64,000 bases of DNA from contig CATNEN010000001.1 of assembly GCA_950097015.1 (NCBI GenBank), positions 14,880,001 through 14,944,000 of the forward strand, given 5' to 3'. Positions 58,366-64,000 of the stretch are shown piece after piece. Source of the stretch: Macrostomum hystrix. Taxonomy: Eukaryota > Animalia > Platyhelminthes. Numbering within the stretch: the first letter of the stretch is position 1; each line of letters starts with the position of its first letter. The notes beneath the pieces are model-generated. The model was not told where the DNA came from and ran no database searches. It worked only from the letters and a program-made list of their open reading frames with translations. The position numbers were made by a program, and so were the translations under genes.

Positions 58366-60117
58366 TCAATCGTCGAAATCAACTACGAAAACTTCAGTCG
58401 TCTCAGAGACGCAGCGAGTTAGGTTTGACTCGCTCCTATCTGGCTCCTCGACAGACTTGTCCTTGCTGGCAGCTGACACAGCTGATGCAATGGTTTGCGG
58501 AGCGCAGCCCAGCACGCAGTCGTGCAACAGCTCCACGAGTTCTAGCATGGTCAGCAGAGAGCAGCCCATGTACAGGCCTAGCAGGCCTCCGGTATCAGCG
58601 ACCAGGTTAGCCAGGTCGTAGGATCGTTCAATTTTAACCAGCGGTCCCAGGAGTTTGTTGGCCTTGACGCGAATTCGCATTAGCTGATCCTGGATGTAGC
58701 TGCTGCCGAACAGGATGTTTTGGATGGTCACGTTGTCTAGCAGATCGTTAATAACCTTGGCCAGCTCCTCGTATCCGGGGTACAACGACACGTTGCCTTT
58801 TGCCTGAACAGGACTCAGAATGCTGAATAGAACGCTGCGCTGATTAGACGAGTATATTCTAGGCCAGGTGCCAAAGGAATAGCTGTAGGGGTAGCTGATT
58901 TTATCGCAGGGTCGCTTAGCTTCGCAATACTTCTGAACGGCGCTCTGGTCGACCGAGAAATTTCCGGAGGAATAATCGCTGCTTTTGAGGGCTCCTTTGT
59001 ACTGTTCCAGTGTGATTTCATTTTCGAACACCCGGCTGGCATTCATGCAGGCAGTGGCATTGCTGAACTGCCTGCTCCTTGGCAGCAAGTGGTTGACGCA
59101 GCCGTAATTACTCATTAGAAACTCATTGGTTCGCTCCACCCGACAGAGGTAATGGCTGTCAGGATATGTTGCCTCTGAACCATTGTACGGGTCGATCAGA
59201 AACCTTAGCGGTGGATTTGCAAGACAATTCATTCCTTTTCCTAGACTGAGCTGCTTGATTTCCAAATCGATGATGTACTGTTTTCCGGCGCTCAGTTGAA
59301 GCATGCTGTCTGGCTCCGGGTAGTGACCCCGTTCAGCAAAGTACAAACTTATTCCGGTGGGACTCTGCAAACTAATGCCCCTGGCCAGGTCCCACGAGGA
59401 AAATTCGAAACCTGACTGTCCCATCAGTGGCACCGGTTCCAGGGAAGTGTTCTTGACGAAAGTAAAAAACGTGGCATCCATGAACAGGAGAACATCAAGG
59501 TAATTGTTTTCGATGCTTAGCGTGGCTCTCTGCTCATCTGTTGGCTCGATACGGGCGCAGTTGAGCTCGGATGGACTGTAGAAAGTGCTTGGCACGATTT
59601 CAGCCTCGGAGACACCGTTGATCTTGGTGAATATGATCAGTTGATTGGCACGATGTCCCAAACTGTCGCTTAGTAGCTGATAGGGCATTGTGGCCATCAG
59701 GGCCCTGGCAAAGGAGCGCGCCACAGTGTCTCGAGACGGTATTCCAAGTAGTATTTTAATCTTACTTAGGTAGCTGTTGATTAGTGACACTCTGGCGGAG
59801 TCCAGCCTGAACGGATAGCTTCCTGACGCGATGGACCTGCTGCAGATAATCAGGTCTGGAAATTTGAACCTTACTGAGCTCTCCTGCAGAGTTGTCGTCT
59901 GTGGATTCTCGCGATAAGTATCAACGAACACTTGCACCTGAATAACGAACAGGCCCAGGAAGGATACGAAAGCCAGCAGCCATAGCAGCTTGATGTAAAC
60001 TGGTCGCTGGCCTGATAACCGACCCAAACCATGAGCCGATGTACTCGACAGCCAAGCTTGCAAGGGCAGCACAATGCCCGCTTGCTGAATTCTGCTGCTT
60101 GCATGCTGCTCTGCCAT
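58366..60117 (-). CDS. DEG/ENaC (amiloride-sensitive sodium channel family) subunit, intronless, 583 aa
   Basis: Pre-TM1 STSAHGL motif, TM1, FPDLIICS, Cys-rich ectodomain, and TM2 LVADTGGLLGLYMGCSLLTMLE with the GxS filter. Confidence 0.93.
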   Translation of the reverse strand: MAEQHASSRIQQAGIVLPLQAWLSSTSAHGLGRLSGQRPVYIKLLWLLAFVSFLGLFVIQVQVFVDTYRENPQTTTLQESSVRFKFPDLIICSRSIASGSYPFRLDSARVSLINSYLSKIKILLGIPSRDTVARSFARALMATMPYQLLSDSLGHRANQLIIFTKINGVSEAEIVPSTFYSPSELNCARIEPTDEQRATLSIENNYLDVLLFMDATFFTFVKNTSLEPVPLMGQSGFEFSSWDLARGISLQSPTGISLYFAERGHYPEPDSMLQLSAGKQYIIDLEIKQLSLGKGMNCLANPPLRFLIDPYNGSEATYPDSHYLCRVERTNEFLMSNYGCVNHLLPRSRQFSNATACMNASRVFENEITLEQYKGALKSSDYSSGNFSVDQSAVQKYCEAKRPCDKISYPYSYSFGTWPRIYSSNQRSVLFSILSPVQAKGNVSLYPGYEELAKVINDLLDNVTIQNILFGSSYIQDQLMRIRVKANKLLGPLVKIERSYDLANLVADTGGLLGLYMGCSLLTMLELVELLHDCVLGCAPQTIASAVSAASKDKSVEEPDRSESNLTRCVSETTEVFVVDFDD

Positions 60118-61580
60118 TTCCTGCGTGCGGGTACCGTACGTATTAGGACTCGAAAATGTTAGTTGAACAGGTTAGTTGATTGTTTTTTATCGTATTATTG
60201 TATGTGAAAACTGTCCAACCTACCGTACCTTTGAATTTGAATCCGATTCAGCTAAAATCAAAGTCTTCTATGAATAACGTTGACGAAATTTTGTAGCTTC
60301 ATAATTTAAGTATGAAACTATAATGTGAGGAAATATTTGCTCTGATTGGCTTTACTGTGTTCTGTACCACATGGTTTCCCTGGACACCATGTGGAACAAC
60401 AGATAGACAGTATTTATAGAAAGGAACTGCTAATAGTGTATTAAATAAAGAAAAGATTAATAAAATGCTCATAAACTACTCGTGAAAAGTAAGTAGTAGT
60501 ATACGCAATGTTAAAGTAAATTCAGATTCTCATATTTTCTTGCAGAGAAAACAAAAAGTACACAGCGCAGTCAAATCACTTTACATGCTTTAAATACAAA
60601 AATTGGTGCAATTCGATCTTCCTGATCCGACATGTTTGAAAATTCATGCGCTTTAAAGATTAACATTAACATTGTATTATGCATGTGCATGGTATCAAAA
60701 TATAGATTGTAGTTATTTGCTGACTAGATAATAACACTAAGTGGAGTCTGCCTCTGACAGGTGATAGCAACGTTAGGATAAACTAACTTTGAATGCCTTC
60801 CGACATCAGCATCGTCGAGATTTTCAGCGATTCTTGTCGAAGACCCTGGTGACAAGAACAAGTAACATTGCTCCGTATAAACTTTTATGTCGACATGATT
60901 ACAAACTATCCGGTAACAATGCGATCCGTGATTGGTTGACAGACTAGGGAAGCATGCCTTGTAGTTGAATGTTGCCAAATTTCGAGGCTTGATCAGCGAA
61001 AGTCGAGAAATTCAGTATAGGGTGTCAATAATCGGCTGGTGGCACCTGTTGAAGGTCCGGTGACCACCGAAGTCGGAGATGATGCAGGTACATTCGGGTG
61101 CTGATAAATTTTGAAGGCCTGGCAAGGCCGCACTGAGGCGCAGTGCTAATTCGTGTATAGGGGTGCATGAAATGCACTAGCGCTTAAGGGAAAAATCTGA
61201 CCTTGACCTTGGTTCTTGTTTCAGAAAATGCTCATTAAAAAGTTGGCCCGTGTTCTTGAGTTTCGTGTGCTTGCGTTGCTCCGTTCGGGCGCAGCAAAAA
61301 ATGGTCAAGGGGGATTTCCCTTGGTTGTTCTACTGTTAATAACGGTATAGCTTTTAACAATCTAGTGCCCACCACCATGTCTCATCATCATTTATAAACA
61401 TTCAGAACAGCTGATTCTCTATGAATTCTAAAGTAAAGTCGGTGCTTGCCTATAAAAAGTCTGTGTGTTGATCAAATCCATTGATTTCGAGTTTGACCCA
61501 AGCTGCCTTCATTCCGAGTGCTTTCAAGTGTTCAGGACAAACATTAGTGCGCAGCTGTTTAGAACTCCGCAGTGTGACGA

Positions 61581-63535
61581 TCAAACGCTACTGCAATCGT
61601 TGATAGCTCCGACTCCGACTGGAACGGTGAAGTCGTTACTAACGTTGCTGTCGTCAATGGTGGCGACACCCAAATCGGGACTGACGACGCAGCCGCAGGT
61701 GTCGCTGTTGTTCGCGGCACTGGCGCCCGCATTGTCTTGTCGCGATCTCTTATTAGCGAACAATTTGGTCCAGCAGAGTGCGCAGCAGCTGCAACGCTTC
61801 TCGCCGTCTTCATTGCCCCCACCGAGTGCGGCCTGGCTTGTCAACTGCGGCTCCTGGCATCGCTTGATACGATTCCGTCGACGCCTGAGCAGACAATGAG
61901 GCTGATGATAGTATCGACGAGTCGACTGACGATGCAGAGGTCGATTGAAAGTCGACACCGGCTGCTCAGCGTCGTTTGTGCTGCTGGTGGACATCACCAG
62001 CGACTGTGTTCGCTTGTCGAACAGGCTCTCGCCAATGTCGTGCTCCACCAGATCAGCGCCCAGCTCTTCGTGCTCTCTGGACACCCGCAGACCGATGCTC
62101 AGATCGATCAGCTTTAGCAGGACAAACGATGTGGCAGCAGTCCAGGCGATGATGGAAGATATCGCCACGAGCTGGATGCCGAGTAGACGGAACCCGCCGC
62201 CCTGTAGGTCGATTAATTGCGGTGGGCACCGTAATCATGAATACAGATATGTCTGAAGTTCTAAGCTTTTAAAAGCAGCGATTCGCGACAAAATGAAAAA
62301 TGGAAACCGATGTCCTCCAAGCATCAGAGAACCAATGTCCCCAGCATCAGCAGAGAACCAATGTCCTCCCAGCAGCATCAGAGAACCAATGTCCTCCCAG
62401 CAGCATCAGAGAACCAATGTCCTCCCAGCAGCATCAGAGAACCAATGTCTTCCCAGAAGTAGAGAACCAATGTCCTCCCAGCAGCATCAGAGAACCAATG
62501 TCTTCCCAGCAGCATCAGAGAACCAATGTCCTCCCAGCAGCATCAGAGAACCAATGTCCTCCCAGAAGTAGAGAACCAATGTCCTCCCAGGAGCAGCAGA
62601 GAACCAATGTCCTCCCAGCAGCATCAGAGAACCAATGTCTTCCCAGCAGCATCAGAGAACCAATGTCCTCCCAGCAGCATCAGAGAACCAATGTCCTCCC
62701 AGAAGTAGAGAACCAATGTCCTCCCAGGAGCAGCAGAGAACCAATGTCCTCCCAGCAGTAGTTTTATTAAGATTCGCTTTTCTAAATTGGTCACTTTCGA
62801 AGTTTTTTCTAATTATCGCGTTTTCCTTTAAATTCAAACTTCATTAAAGTGCGAAAATCAGCAAGCGGTTTTTGCTTTCTAAATCGCTAAAGTTTGCTTA
62901 CTGTTTAAAATTCTGCCTCATGCATATGGCCTTCTGCATGAGTTGATTTAAGATCTTTAGTTTAAACTGATAATTAAATGAGGGTGCTACAGGGGCTTGC
63001 AGTGGCCACAATGACTAATAAAGTAGACCGTGATTATTAGTCTTTCAGGGCCCATTCGTAAGTGCATTTGAATTTGAATTTTTAAGGTCAAAATAGAGAC
63101 GGGGCTAATTGTGAAGATAAATTGAAAATGGAGCATTTGGCGAAGTGAGGCTTGGTTGAGCGATGAGGCGTAACGACCTCTAATCCGCTGCTAGTCTACA
63201 TTATCCTAATTTGACTAGGCTATAAGTGATAAAATGCTTGAAGGCTTGAAGGCTTGTCCTTCGCCCCCTAAAGCACAGTGAGAGTTTACACTGCCTGACG
63301 ATAAGAAAGTCAGGGCAGATGTACACACCTGTGTGCGTGTGTGCTCAGGAGTCAGCGGAAATGAGCAGAATTTTGTCTCCTCGCTGGCTGTCAGTTGGTG
63401 AGTATAGACTCACGTAGAACAGTCCGCTGTGATTGGTTGACACGCCGAGTACATTCCAGTCGCGATCCGGCAGTGCCATGAGGCCGGGAGCCAGCAGGCC
63501 CCAGATTGCTGCCGTGAAGTGAACAGCGATTACAC
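61581..63535 (-). CDS. Ammonium transporter (Amt family), last two exons; the gene continues beyond the window
   Basis: Exons 63535-63414 (VIAVHFTAAIWGLLAPGL...GLFY) and 62201-61581 (GGGFRLLGIQL...GLRVSREHEELGADLVEH), joined by a phase-0 GT-AG intron. Confidence 0.9.
62305..62757. repeat. Intronic 28 bp minisatellite (cagcatcagagaaccaatgtcctcccag), ~16 copies
   Basis: Inside the Amt intron. Confidence 0.96.
63268..63390 (+). mobile_element. SINE family B fragment in the Amt intron
   Basis: gcacagtgagagtttacactgcctgacgataagaaagtcagggcagatgtacacacctgtgtg...ctcgctggctg. Confidence 0.8.
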
Positions 63536-64000
63536 CTGCAGCCAGTGTGTTGGCAACTTACTATAGTGACCCGATTCAAATTATTATTATAAATAACAGA
63601 ATTAAAGTAAAAGTGAAGATCGGCTATTGATGGTGTTAAAAGTAGAAATAAATTTACTCAAATATCTCAAATACACATATTTTTCTTTGTTTTCTGTTTC
63701 TCCTAAAATATTCAACGAATCGCCGATTGAAAAAAACAAAATATCGGCCTCGTCGAGATATTCAACGATTCCGATGGGTTGTGATTGGTTATTGGTTATT
63801 GGTTATTGTAATCTGGTGCTAAGAACCACAAAAATGGGCACATTTTTCTGCCCACCAAATTTCATCATGAAACAATTTTGCGCTTTCGTTGGACGGGCAT
63901 TAACGAAGACCACAAATGACCGGTCTGAATGTCTATGGTAAAAACCGGGTCCAATGCTCGATTAACATGTGCTAACAGAAGGGCTGAATTAATATTATTC

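Noticed and set aside
58319-58621. Plus-strand ORF as the missing SLX4 C-terminal exon
   Set aside because: It is the antisense shadow of the DEG/ENaC CDS and shows no CCD resemblance.
60363-60398. Hairpin tgtaccacatgg...ccatgtggaaca as a third micro-MITE
   Set aside because: Different terminal sequence and no TSD.

Overview
Eukaryotic (metazoan) genomic DNA, not prokaryotic. The style (GC-rich exons, a different 16-48 bp minisatellite in most long introns, closely spaced co-oriented genes) suggests a free-living flatworm such as Macrostomum; this is an inference. Host genes in order: STE-group Ser/Thr kinase (-, GC-AG intron); a co-oriented + cluster LSM2, PPP1R11, RPB8/POLR2H and a PTPN14/21 (Pez)-like FERM-PTP; a CNC/Nrf bZIP factor (-) divergent from NSUN6 (+) and SLX4 (+); an intronless DEG/ENaC channel (-); and the last two exons of an Amt ammonium transporter (-). 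Mobile DNA: a complete 1.8 kb non-autonomous LTR element with a 6x reiterated LTR-end/PBS unit, a head-to-tail Helitron dimer with a nested hAT-type MITE, three other MITEs, two ~50 bp TIR+TSD micro-elements and two SINE families. Most notable observations: strand-polarised minisatellites that fill introns/outrons, several built from YAG|GT ratchet-like units; probable SL-trans-spliced operons with CDSs that could take their AUG from the leader; the micro-MITEs; the Helitron dimer; a probable pseudophosphatase Pez; and an SLX4 with no visible SLX1-binding domain. Coordinates were counted by hand and may be off by a few bases.
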